64,000 nucleotides of DNA from Candidatus Falkowbacteria bacterium RIFOXYD12_FULL_34_57 (GTDB lineage: Bacteria; Patescibacteriota; Patescibacteriia; Patescibacteriales; UBA12075), in the NCBI GenBank assembly GCA_001780285.1, contig MFGN01000034.1, positions 10,462-74,461 of the forward strand, in the 5' to 3' direction. Positions 28,344-37,349 of this stretch are shown piece by piece. Every line of letters starts with the position of its first letter. Within the stretch, counting starts at the first letter, position 1. The notes beneath the pieces were generated by a model. That model searched no databases. It saw only the letters and a list, made by a program, of their open reading frames with translations, and had not been told where the DNA came from. Made by a program: the position numbers and the translations under genes.

Positions 28344-29722
28344 TACTTCACCTCCTTCGTAATCATCTCGATTGGATTGCCATTAATTATTCCGCTGGAC
28401 ATAATATTGCTCATTACCTGAGCTTTCCTTATTTTTATCAATCTCTCTCCGCCAACACCCTCTACCGCTTTTTCTCTTTGCTGTGTCTGCGAGGCGATAG
28501 CATTATTAACTGCCGTAAGACCCAAAGAGCTTTTCTGAGTAAAATACAGATTTGCCTCGGCTTCAATGGCGTTAGCCTCCGACAAACCGCGCTGTTTTTC
28601 AGCTCCAACCCTTGCCAAACCTTCAGCATCAACCCTTCTAAGTTCCGCTTCTTTGGTCATCTGAGCCAGTCTAGCTGTTTTTAATTCTTCCTCTACAACC
28701 TGAAGATTTTTCTCAAAAATTTTCTGTTCAATATTTTTGTCTTCAAAATAAAATGTCTCCAAGAGACAATCCAATATCTCTATTCCATCCGGAGCCCATA
28801 TTTCTCTAAGCTTCTCTAATAATTTTTGATTCTTCTGGTGAAGATAATTATTTTCAGGATTTTTCGGATCCGGAAGATAAAATCCATCCTGACTAAGTCC
28901 GCCAAAGAATTTTATAGCCTCTGTTTCAATGATATTGTTAACATTTTTGCTTATTCTATCGGTTTTTAGGCCTGTTCTTAAGTTTAGCTGGTATGGACCG
29001 CCGTGGATAAGTTTGCCATCTTTATTGTACTTTGGCTCCTTATACGGCTTATAGGGAACAACCAGTCTAACTTGAACATAGGTATTGCTCTTGTTGGGCA
29101 TTCTAAGCCCGGTATTAGGAACTACTTCGTCAAAATATTCCCCCAAAACAACTTTGACCTCTGGGATAAATTCAGCGTATCGAATGCTACAATCCATGGG
29201 CACAATGCTCTGTAACCACGGAATTCTAAATACCCTCCCTGGTCCGGATACCGCAACATCGGAAATACCAAAGAGTATATTTTTCCGCACAGCACCCTCA
29301 TTTGGTCCAAGCGGTACGGTAAATCCCAAAAAATATACAAAATACAAAACTCCAATAATGTTCAGCGTCCAAATAATGCGCCCAAAGAGCCCCATTTTTT
29401 TCTTTTCTTCCGGTTCGGGTTCTGTATTCTGAAAATCTCCACCTTCTTCCAACTGTCCCTCTTCTGTTTTTTCTTTTGAATCAAGAACGGCGGGTAGTGC
29501 CATTACCGAAGATTCGGCATTGCTGTTTTCTACGTCTTCACTTACCGCATCCCCCGCTACACCCTCTACCCTTTTTGCTTTTTTCTTAAAAAGCACTTTG
29601 ATTAAATTTACGGGCACCATCAAAATGAAACCCACAAATCTTAATGCCCAATGCCCCTTCTTTAGTCCCCCTGCCGTTGTTTGAACAACACCATCTGCGT
29701 CTTTCTTTTTGTTCCAAAACAT
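28343..29722 (-). CDS. SPFH/Band-7 family protein (HflK-like) with two TM segments and an acidic linker
   Basis: 459 aa with the C-terminal coiled coil TKEAELRRVDAEGLARVGAEKQRGLSEANAIEAEAN, typical of HflK/prohibitin-like proteins. SD GGAGG. Confidence 0.6.
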   Translation of the reverse strand: MFWNKKKDADGVVQTTAGGLKKGHWALRFVGFILMVPVNLIKVLFKKKAKRVEGVAGDAVSEDVENSNAESSVMALPAVLDSKEKTEEGQLEEGGDFQNTEPEPEEKKKMGLFGRIIWTLNIIGVLYFVYFLGFTVPLGPNEGAVRKNILFGISDVAVSGPGRVFRIPWLQSIVPMDCSIRYAEFIPEVKVVLGEYFDEVVPNTGLRMPNKSNTYVQVRLVVPYKPYKEPKYNKDGKLIHGGPYQLNLRTGLKTDRISKNVNNIIETEAIKFFGGLSQDGFYLPDPKNPENNYLHQKNQKLLEKLREIWAPDGIEILDCLLETFYFEDKNIEQKIFEKNLQVVEEELKTARLAQMTKEAELRRVDAEGLARVGAEKQRGLSEANAIEAEANLYFTQKSSLGLTAVNNAIASQTQQREKAVEGVGGERLIKIRKAQVMSNIMSSGIINGNPIEMITKEVK

Positions 29723-29915
29723 AGTCTTTCCTCCAAATTAAAGGTTAAGGTTACGCGCAAAAAACTTTTAAATTCCCCCATTTAAACATTTAAGTTGTTA
29801 ATGATCTTTTATGTAAAACACAATAAATCGTTATAACCAACTCAAAAAATAACCATGGTTATCCCCTGAAAAATCGCTTATAAAAATATTATTATTTGTA
29901 AATTACTAACCCCTC

Positions 29916-29944
29916 TTTATATCATAAATTTGACAAATTGTCAA
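29916..29944 (-). promoter_or_regulatory. Sigma70-type promoter of the SPFH operon
   Basis: The minus strand reads TTGACA (29939-29944), a 17-nt spacer ending in TGa, then TATAAA (29916-29921). Confidence 0.6.
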
Positions 29945-30081
29945 GAAAATTTAACACAAATACAGCATAAGCTTAGTGAGCAGAAAATATTTACTAATAT
30001 TTGGTAATATTTTAAACTATAAAAAGACCGCCACGGAGCGGTCTTAAATAATTAAATAATAAATTTTGCGTCCCAAAAAAA

Positions 30082-30642
30082 TTAATTTCCGGTTTTAATT
30101 TCTGCTATATAAATAATTTTTTTATTCAGAACATCATATATTTCCATCATGGGCACTTCTCCATAGCCTTTTTCGCTCATATACTCATTAATACGTGGAT
30201 ACACGCGAAAAACTCCGGCCATAATCGACACCCTATTCTTAAAAGGAAATTCTACTACCAAAGAATTTTTTTTATCTATCTTTTTAAGTTGATATTGCTT
30301 GTTTTGTAATTCATGAATCCTCTCCACACTACCATCCTCCAGAATGCATCCTGTGTCACTCCTCAATTTATCCTTTACTACTTTTTGAGGATCGTCATAA
30401 TAAATACCAAATCCTTTATATGTCCGTATCTCTTCTTCTAGCAATAATTTTTGATAAATCTTTTCCTGAATTTTTCCGGTATCTTGGTATGGTCCTTCAT
30501 AACCTTCATAAACAACATAATACGGCCCCATTTCTCTTTCGGTAATCTCAATCTTATAAAAAAAACCAACATACCATGCAAATAATAAAACCAATAGGCC
30601 AAAAATAATAAACCAAATAATAAATTTCTTGGAATTTGACAT
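30082..30642 (-). CDS. Membrane-anchored GyrI-like/SOUL-like small-molecule-binding domain protein
   Basis: 186 aa with an N-terminal TM helix followed by a roughly 150-aa domain. The pattern (GPYYVVYEGYEGPY...GFGIYYDDP...MEIY) resembles GyrI-like effector-binding folds. The assignment is tentative. Confidence 0.45.
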   Translation of the reverse strand: MSNSKKFIIWFIIFGLLVLLFAWYVGFFYKIEITEREMGPYYVVYEGYEGPYQDTGKIQEKIYQKLLLEEEIRTYKGFGIYYDDPQKVVKDKLRSDTGCILEDGSVERIHELQNKQYQLKKIDKKNSLVVEFPFKNRVSIMAGVFRVYPRINEYMSEKGYGEVPMMEIYDVLNKKIIYIAEIKTGN

Positions 30643-30717
30643 AAATTTTATTATATTAATAATAATTATTATCCCAAGGACGCAAAATACAACTGGAAAT
30701 GAAGAGAGCGGGTGGGC

Positions 30718-32031
30718 TTATCTATTCTCCCACTCATCAGTCTGCCTGACCAGCAGTTCTTCCGCCTTTAAGGGGTCTCTCATTATTTCTTTGACAACCT
30801 TTTCCATCCTAACTCCCTGCGAGCCCTTTATTAATAACAAATCCCCCTCCCTCATGCGCTCTTGCGCAAATCTTCCGGCCTGAACCGCATCAGGAAAATG
30901 AAAAATATTATCTCTCTTCATTCCAGCCCCTTCTGCTCCCCGCGCTATATCACGAGACCGCTCTCCTACGGTTATCAATTTATCAATTTTTGATTCAAAA
31001 ATATGTTTCCCCACCATTCTATGACCTTCCTCGCAAAAAATGCCCAACTCCAGCATATCACCCAAAATAGCAAATCTCCTTGCGTCCTCTCTTATGGGAA
31101 TGGCGGATAAAACATCCAAGGCCAACAAAGAAGATTCCGGAGATGAATTATAAGTATCATCAATAAGCAGCGTATTTTTAATGCCGGGCAAAACCCTCAT
31201 TCTCCCCTTGGGCTGTTCCATAGTCTTTAAACCCTCGGCAACATCAATTAAATTCATTTCATAAACAATCCCCAGAGAAGCACCGGCCAAAGCCGCATAA
31301 ACAGAGGCTTTACTGATAACTTCCGGCAAAAAAACAGGAACAAAAGAACCCTGATATGAAAGTTTAAAATTAATACCGGATAAAAACTCTTCTCTTCCTG
31401 CGCCATCCGCGTTCTTCTTGCTATAATGGAAAATAACTTCGCGCGCGCGCACTGCTGCATTTTCACCGAATCCATAACTAAGTATCCGCGCCCTGCTTCT
31501 ATCTCCTGTTTTTTTAACTTTTTCGTCATCATAATTAAGCACCGCAAAGCCATTCTTGGGCAAACTCTCTATCAATTTTCCCTTTTCTTTTTCTATTTTT
31601 TCCACTGAACCAAAAAATTTCAAATGAGAGTGTCCGATAATTGTCACTACACCCACCTTGCACGGCGCAATGGACAATAAATATGACATATCGCCCGCCC
31701 GGTCAATTCCCATTTCCAAAACCAATATCTTTGGATAGTATTTATTGCGGAAAAATATCAACTTGGCAGCCTTTAAAAAAATAATCATCCAACCAATGGC
31801 AGATCTGCCAGCGGATTTGGCGCCAATAATGGTGAGCGGTAAACCGATTTCGTTATTATAATTTTTTATATTCTTGCGGACATTAAACCGCGTTGACAAG
31901 ACAGCATAAATGGCGTTTTTCGCGCTGGTTTTACCCACGCTGCCGGTAATTCCGATAATATCCGGCTTGTATTTTACCAAGATAATCTTCGCTAAAATTT
32001 TTAATTTGAATTGTAATAATTTTTTTAACAT
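30718..32031 (-). CDS. murF: UDP-N-acetylmuramoyl-tripeptide--D-alanyl-D-alanine ligase
   Basis: Motif IGITGSVGKTSAKN, Mur ligase central and C-terminal domains, 437 aa. Confidence 0.85.
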   Translation of the reverse strand: MLKKLLQFKLKILAKIILVKYKPDIIGITGSVGKTSAKNAIYAVLSTRFNVRKNIKNYNNEIGLPLTIIGAKSAGRSAIGWMIIFLKAAKLIFFRNKYYPKILVLEMGIDRAGDMSYLLSIAPCKVGVVTIIGHSHLKFFGSVEKIEKEKGKLIESLPKNGFAVLNYDDEKVKKTGDRSRARILSYGFGENAAVRAREVIFHYSKKNADGAGREEFLSGINFKLSYQGSFVPVFLPEVISKASVYAALAGASLGIVYEMNLIDVAEGLKTMEQPKGRMRVLPGIKNTLLIDDTYNSSPESSLLALDVLSAIPIREDARRFAILGDMLELGIFCEEGHRMVGKHIFESKIDKLITVGERSRDIARGAEGAGMKRDNIFHFPDAVQAGRFAQERMREGDLLLIKGSQGVRMEKVVKEIMRDPLKAEELLVRQTDEWENR

Positions 32032-32084
32032 GTAACAAGTAACAGATAACAGGCAACAAGTAAACCTATTTTCTATTAATTAAT

Positions 32085-32423
32085 TTATTTATATAGCATT
32101 GCCCCAATTTCATCGGACAATTCCACTAATAATTTATAATTATTTTGATTTATATACTTCTCAATTAATGAAAAGTGTAATAAATATTTAGATTCTTTTA
32201 ATGAACCATAAGAAATTTTTAAAAAATTATTATATACTTTACAATCATCACCATTTCTACGGGCAAAACCTTCTACATAATTCAAAACAACAGACAATGT
32301 CAACCTCCTTATTTGTGAAGTAATTCCATAAATTTCATTTTTGGGAAATTTTTTAGTAACCCTATAAAAATCATGTGCATATTTATCCATTTTAATTTTC
32401 AAATTTTCACAATAATTACTCAT
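32085..32423 (-). CDS. Four-helix-bundle protein (23S rRNA intervening-sequence protein / Avd-like family)
   Basis: 112 aa. AHDFYRVTKKFPKNEIYGITSQIRRLTLSVVLNYVEGFAR...SLKESKYLLHFS matches the family signature as I remember it. The gene is flanked by a 12-bp inverted repeat. Confidence 0.75.
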   Translation of the reverse strand: MSNYCENLKIKMDKYAHDFYRVTKKFPKNEIYGITSQIRRLTLSVVLNYVEGFARRNGDDCKVYNNFLKISYGSLKESKYLLHFSLIEKYINQNNYKLLVELSDEIGAMLYK

Positions 32424-32465
32424 AATTATTAATGTTGCTTGTTACTTATTATTTATTACCCGAAA

Positions 32466-34370
32466 TCACCTCTCCTTTGGCACTTGATAATAATTTAATA
32501 TAAACTCGGCCAACCTACTAAACAGGGGCGCGGCGGAAGATGCGGAAAATCGGACATTTCTTGGATTATCCAATTTTACAAGCATTACAAATTTGGGGTC
32601 ATCAACTGGAGCAAATCCCACAAAAGTATGAATTGTCTCGTCTCCGTATCCGCTTCTATCACGACTTGCAACCTGCGCAGTACCGGTTTTACCTGCAACA
32701 TAATACCCTTCCACGGCTGCCATTTTAGCATGTCCCCCGTCAACCACATTAACCATCATCCCGGAAGTAAGCAGTGCTGTTTTTTCAGATACCACCCTTC
32801 TAATTTGCCGCGGCTCGGTAATCTGTTCCCCCTCGGAAGATACAATTTTACCAACTATATATGGTTTCATTAATATTCCGCCATTAGCAATGGCCGCAAA
32901 AGCAGTGATAACTTGAAGAGGGGTAACGGTAATTCCCTGTCCAAATGAGGCGGTGGCCACCTCTACTGGACGAATAACTTTTCTGGTTAATCCCCTAATA
33001 TCACCGGCGTATTCAGTCTCTAGTTCTATGCCGGTCTTTTCGCCAAAACCAAAATTTTTAACATACTGAGCAAATTTTTCTTCCCCCGTTTTTCGCATTA
33101 CAAATATTGATCCGGTATTTAGTGATGCCTCCAAAACTGTTACCATGTCCACTATGCCATGCGGGCCATAAGTGTCAAAATCAGAATTTTTAATAGGCTT
33201 ATTCCAACCCTCAACCATAATAAAGCCTTTATCCTCATAAACAGTTTCCGGCGCTATAGCTCCACTATCAATACCGGCCGCTATGGTCATTATCTTAAAA
33301 ATAGATCCCGGTTCATATTGATCAAATATGGCCGGATTGTTATATAACCGTACATCTTCCACTTTATTATAATTATTAGAATCATAGCTCGGCCAAGAAC
33401 ACATTGCGATTATCGCTCCGGTTTTTGGCTCCATGACAATGACTGTTCCGCTATCAGCTCCGTACTCAGGAACGGCCTTGGAAAGTTTTTCGCATATCAC
33501 AAACTGAATAGAACGATTAATTGTCAAAACCAAATCTTGTCCATTAATTGGCTTATGGAACTCCCGATCGTTTATAATAATAAGCCCCCCCTGGGCTGCT
33601 CTTTCTGTTTTTATTGAACCCATTGTTCCGGAAAGCTCTTCATTAAAAAATCCTTCAAGTCCATACATTCCCGCGTCTCTGTTTCCCACAAAGCCAAAAA
33701 CATGAGAGCCGAGGCGGATATCCGGATAATACCGATAGGTTTCCATTGTGTAATATACCCCCTCTAATTTCAACTCTAAAAGCTGATCTAATTTCTCTTT
33801 GGTAATCTTATTTCTAATTGGCTCATATGGGTCGTTTGGTTTTGATAATTTTTCTATATATTCTTTTATAATTTGTTCCTTCCTTTCTTTTGCCTCTATC
33901 TCTTTTTTTATTTTTCGAAATTCTTCTTTTTGTTTGTCGATTATATTTCCCTCTTCATCATACATATCACGAAAATATTCATCTTCTTCCAATGTTTCCT
34001 CGATTTCCCGAAGCACTTCTTCGTGATCAAAAAATTCATATAATTTTTCTGCTACTTCTTGCGGGTTATGAATATCTTCAGGAACCGCAAAAATTGAAGC
34101 AAATTCCTTGTTGGTTGCTACCGGATAAAGATTTTTTCCAAAAATATATGGGTCATTCTGTACGAATATTTTTCCTCTCTCCGGATTTAACTTGCTAAAA
34201 ACCTGATGTTGGTCCATTGCAAGCGCTACATATAAATCATATTTTAATATTTGTAATTCGTATAGTTTAAATAAAACAAAACCCACTAATAAAAAAATAA
34301 TCGCCATAACAAACTGCAGACGATTGACATTAATTTTTTTATTATTTTTTTTGTTTCTTCGAAAATTCAT
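32466..34370 (-). CDS. ftsI: Penicillin-binding protein, class B transpeptidase
   Basis: N-terminal TM helix plus the motifs SxxK (GSIFK), SxN (SLN) and KTG (KTGTA); 634 aa; located in the dcw cluster. Confidence 0.85.
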   Translation of the reverse strand: MNFRRNKKNNKKINVNRLQFVMAIIFLLVGFVLFKLYELQILKYDLYVALAMDQHQVFSKLNPERGKIFVQNDPYIFGKNLYPVATNKEFASIFAVPEDIHNPQEVAEKLYEFFDHEEVLREIEETLEEDEYFRDMYDEEGNIIDKQKEEFRKIKKEIEAKERKEQIIKEYIEKLSKPNDPYEPIRNKITKEKLDQLLELKLEGVYYTMETYRYYPDIRLGSHVFGFVGNRDAGMYGLEGFFNEELSGTMGSIKTERAAQGGLIIINDREFHKPINGQDLVLTINRSIQFVICEKLSKAVPEYGADSGTVIVMEPKTGAIIAMCSWPSYDSNNYNKVEDVRLYNNPAIFDQYEPGSIFKIMTIAAGIDSGAIAPETVYEDKGFIMVEGWNKPIKNSDFDTYGPHGIVDMVTVLEASLNTGSIFVMRKTGEEKFAQYVKNFGFGEKTGIELETEYAGDIRGLTRKVIRPVEVATASFGQGITVTPLQVITAFAAIANGGILMKPYIVGKIVSSEGEQITEPRQIRRVVSEKTALLTSGMMVNVVDGGHAKMAAVEGYYVAGKTGTAQVASRDRSGYGDETIHTFVGFAPVDDPKFVMLVKLDNPRNVRFSASSAAPLFSRLAEFILNYYQVPKER

Positions 34371-34490
34371 AATTTAAGTCTATTCCATCATCACAATCCG
34401 CCAAATGGCGGAAAAGTAATCTTGTTGCAAACAAGGTCTAAAGATTACCATATCATCGTTATCCCCCCTTCTTTTTTTGTGGCGACAATT

Positions 34491-34811
34491 CTACTTTCTA
34501 GCCACCGTTTCCGGGCTAATCAGAATATAATCCACTTTTTCAACTTTAACCATTTTCAGTTCTTCTGCTTTTTTGGTGATATTATCATAAGATTCTAGTT
34601 CCATTATTTTTAATTTTATCTCCTTGTTTTGCTTGTTGATTTCCGCAACTTCCAATTTTAGCTTCTGCAGGACAAAGCCCTTAATAGAAAGATCATTAGC
34701 ACTAACCACAAAATAAATTCCGCAGACCAAAATCATGGCCATGATGAATTTATTCAAAATTCCATGGGCCAACAAAAATTTACTTTTTATGTTTTTTTGT
34801 TTTTGTGTCAT
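34491..34811 (-). CDS. ftsL: FtsL-like cell-division protein (single TM helix plus coiled coil)
   Basis: 106 aa. Both the topology and the position between rsmH and ftsI fit FtsL. Confidence 0.55.
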   Translation of the reverse strand: MTQKQKNIKSKFLLAHGILNKFIMAMILVCGIYFVVSANDLSIKGFVLQKLKLEVAEINKQNKEIKLKIMELESYDNITKKAEELKMVKVEKVDYILISPETVARK

Positions 34812-34821
34812 TGTTTTTATT

Positions 34822-35763
34822 TTATATCTTCTCTGCCACCCTCATCTTGGCGCTTCTGGCTCGATTATTTTTTTTTATCTCCTCCTCCGTCGGTGTAATA
34901 ATTTTTTTTGTAATAATCCTTAATTCTGCTTTATGCGCGCACCTGCAAATAGGGGCTTCCGAGGGACAAATACAATCTTTGGTCTTTTCTTTAAAAAAAT
35001 GCTTTACAATTCTATCCTCCAAGCTATGATAAGACACTACCACTATTCGCCCGTTACTGCGAAGCAGGTCTGGGCTATTCTCCAGCACCATTCTTAAATT
35101 CTCCAATTCCTTATTTGTCTCTATTCTCAAGGCTTGAAAAGTTCTGGTGGCAAAATGTATTTTTCCCTGTTTATATTGAAATGGAACCGCTGATTCAATT
35201 ATTTTTAACAATTCTCCTGTTGTTTTTATTGATTTATTTTTTCGAACCCCTACTATGGCACGGCTTATCTGACGGGCAAACCTTTCCTCGCCATAATTTT
35301 TTATAATATTTTCTAAATTCTTTTCATTATAATTATTTACAATTTCCAAAGTAGAACATTCACTCTTTTCACCGAAAGACATATTGAGGGGGGTGTCAAA
35401 TTGAAAAGACATTCCCCTATTACGATCACCAAGCTGAGCCGATGATAAGCCTAAATCCATAACAATGCCGTCAAACTTTATTTCTCCGCAATTATTTTTT
35501 ACGATATCAGACAAGTTTCTAAAATTATCCTTTATTATTTTTATATTTTTTAGTTTTTTTTCCTTTATTTTAATGCGTGCATTTTCTATAGCCATATCAT
35601 CTGCATCAATAGCCAAGACCATACCTCCCTCTCCAACCATTTTAGCAATAGCAAAAGTATAACCACCTCCACCCAGAGTGCAATCCACAAAATTTTTACC
35701 CGGTCCCGGTTTAAGATATTCCAGTGCTTCCGTAAGCATTACTGGAATGTGTTCATATTTCAT
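34822..35763 (-). CDS. rsmH: 16S rRNA (cytosine1402-N4)-methyltransferase
   Basis: Motifs HIPVMLTEALEYL, DCTLGGGGYT and DLGLSSAQL; 313 aa. Confidence 0.9.
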   Translation of the reverse strand: MKYEHIPVMLTEALEYLKPGPGKNFVDCTLGGGGYTFAIAKMVGEGGMVLAIDADDMAIENARIKIKEKKLKNIKIIKDNFRNLSDIVKNNCGEIKFDGIVMDLGLSSAQLGDRNRGMSFQFDTPLNMSFGEKSECSTLEIVNNYNEKNLENIIKNYGEERFARQISRAIVGVRKNKSIKTTGELLKIIESAVPFQYKQGKIHFATRTFQALRIETNKELENLRMVLENSPDLLRSNGRIVVVSYHSLEDRIVKHFFKEKTKDCICPSEAPICRCAHKAELRIITKKIITPTEEEIKKNNRARSAKMRVAEKI

Positions 35764-35988
35764 AATACTACCGCCCTTGTCCGCGCTGATATAATCATTG
35801 ATAAATCATTGTTGTCCACTAGGGGCGCCTTGATGATTCTTACCCTGACACTCCTATTTTTACAGTCCGAAACTAACTGGCATTTTATTTTTTTTGTCAT
35901 ATTTTATTTTTATTTTTACCTATCCGCCTTATTTTGGCGGTTTTTTATTTTACAATTCAAAAATATAAAATTGTAATTCTTTGTTTTA

Positions 35989-36420
35989 TTATACCCCAAG
36001 ATCTCCAAGTGTTTCCGCAATTTCAGAACTTTCTTTTTCAGCCCCCGCCTTATATTTATTCCAAATTTCTTCATTCCAGATTTCCAGGCGATCATAGAGT
36101 CCGGCTATCACTGATTTTTTCTCAAGAGAAGCAAATTCTATTAAATAATCAGGGAGATTAATTCTTCCCTGATTATCAAAATCAACATCCATAGCACCGG
36201 CCAGCATTAATCTGGAAAATGCCCTTGCTTTTGATTGGCTAATAGGCAAATTAGCAAATTTCTCGGCTATTTTTTCCCATTGTTTTTTAGAATACAAAAA
36301 GAGACAGTTGTCGAGCCCCCTGGTGACAACCGCTCCCCCCTTTAACGCGGAGCGAAATTTGGCAGGAACTGCCAATCTCCCCTTGTCGTCAAGATTATGT
36401 TTGTATTCGCCGATAAACAT
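35989..36420 (-). CDS. mraZ: Transcriptional regulator MraZ
   Basis: Two DxxxR repeats (DDKGRLAVPAKFR and DNQGRINLPDYL); 143 aa. Confidence 0.9.
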   Translation of the reverse strand: MFIGEYKHNLDDKGRLAVPAKFRSALKGGAVVTRGLDNCLFLYSKKQWEKIAEKFANLPISQSKARAFSRLMLAGAMDVDFDNQGRINLPDYLIEFASLEKKSVIAGLYDRLEIWNEEIWNKYKAGAEKESSEIAETLGDLGV

Positions 36421-36797
36421 TAAGTTTGGCTTAAAATTAAAAATGTAAAAATCAAAAATAATTTTTGATATTACAATTTATTATTATGAACACATTAAAC
36501 AGATACCCTAATAAGCATCTGTTTTTTTATAGTCTCTATCGCCCACTAAGGCTCAAGAGGAGGCTGATCAAATGTTTTTTTCAATGATCAGACCCCTTCT
36601 TCGCCTTAATTTTTTGTTTTAGCATCCCCATGCTTTTTGATAAAATTTTTGTTTTTGTTAATTGGCGTTAAATGTCTAAGCCAATTGTTTTGTTTTTATT
36701 TAAATTTTTGTTTTCACAGAACGATTTAAAAGATGTCTCTTTTGGGGTGGATTTTTTATTATCTCCACTATTCCCCACCCTTCACCATCATACTTTA

Positions 36798-36826
36798 ATT
36801 ATACACCACTTTTACCCAATTGTCAA
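36798..36826 (-). promoter_or_regulatory. Consensus sigma70 promoter upstream of mraZ (about 370-nt leader)
   Basis: The minus strand reads TTGACA (36821-36826), a 17-nt spacer ending in TGt, then TATAAT (36798-36803). GTGG-containing repeats lie directly downstream (36763-36788). Confidence 0.7.
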
Positions 36827-36941
36827 TTTACAAAAACTACCACCAAATTACCTAATGTCAGTAAAAATAAAAACAAAAAGTCATACTTGTTGATAAGTAT
36901 GACTTATAAAAAATCACTTAATTTTTACGAGTTGTCAACAG

Positions 36942-37349
36942 TTAATCCACAACGGATCTTTTTGAAATTAAAATATTGGGCACTCCTCCATATTCAGGCT
37001 TTACTATGCTGAATTCTTTTCCCACCCCCCCCTTTTTTTTCACATTATTCTTATCTACCGCATAAACAGGAATCCCCAGAGCATATCCCATTGCATTGGC
37101 GGTTATCACCCCGATTCTAAGTGAGGTAAAACTAGCGCCGTAATTTACTACATTAACCCCCTTAATACCTTTTAAGCTAAACTTTAGACCCTTTAAGAGA
37201 TTATCTATCTCAGGCAATAACTTTTCACAATGTTGAAAACCGGCATCTATAGTGCTAGAACCGATTTCCTTATTTTTATCTAAAATAGCGACAAATATCC
37301 GAGATTTATCGCTAGTGTCAATATGTAAAATCATAAAAATTTTACTCAC
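36942..37349 (-). CDS. tsaB: TsaB/YeaZ-like protein (short form)
   Basis: 135 aa. ILHIDTSDKSRIFVAIL...GASFTSLRIGVITANAMGYALGIPVYAV matches the N-terminal domain of TsaB. A terminator hairpin lies at about 36878-36908. Confidence 0.6.
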   Translation of the reverse strand: MSKIFMILHIDTSDKSRIFVAILDKNKEIGSSTIDAGFQHCEKLLPEIDNLLKGLKFSLKGIKGVNVVNYGASFTSLRIGVITANAMGYALGIPVYAVDKNNVKKKGGVGKEFSIVKPEYGGVPNILISKRSVVD

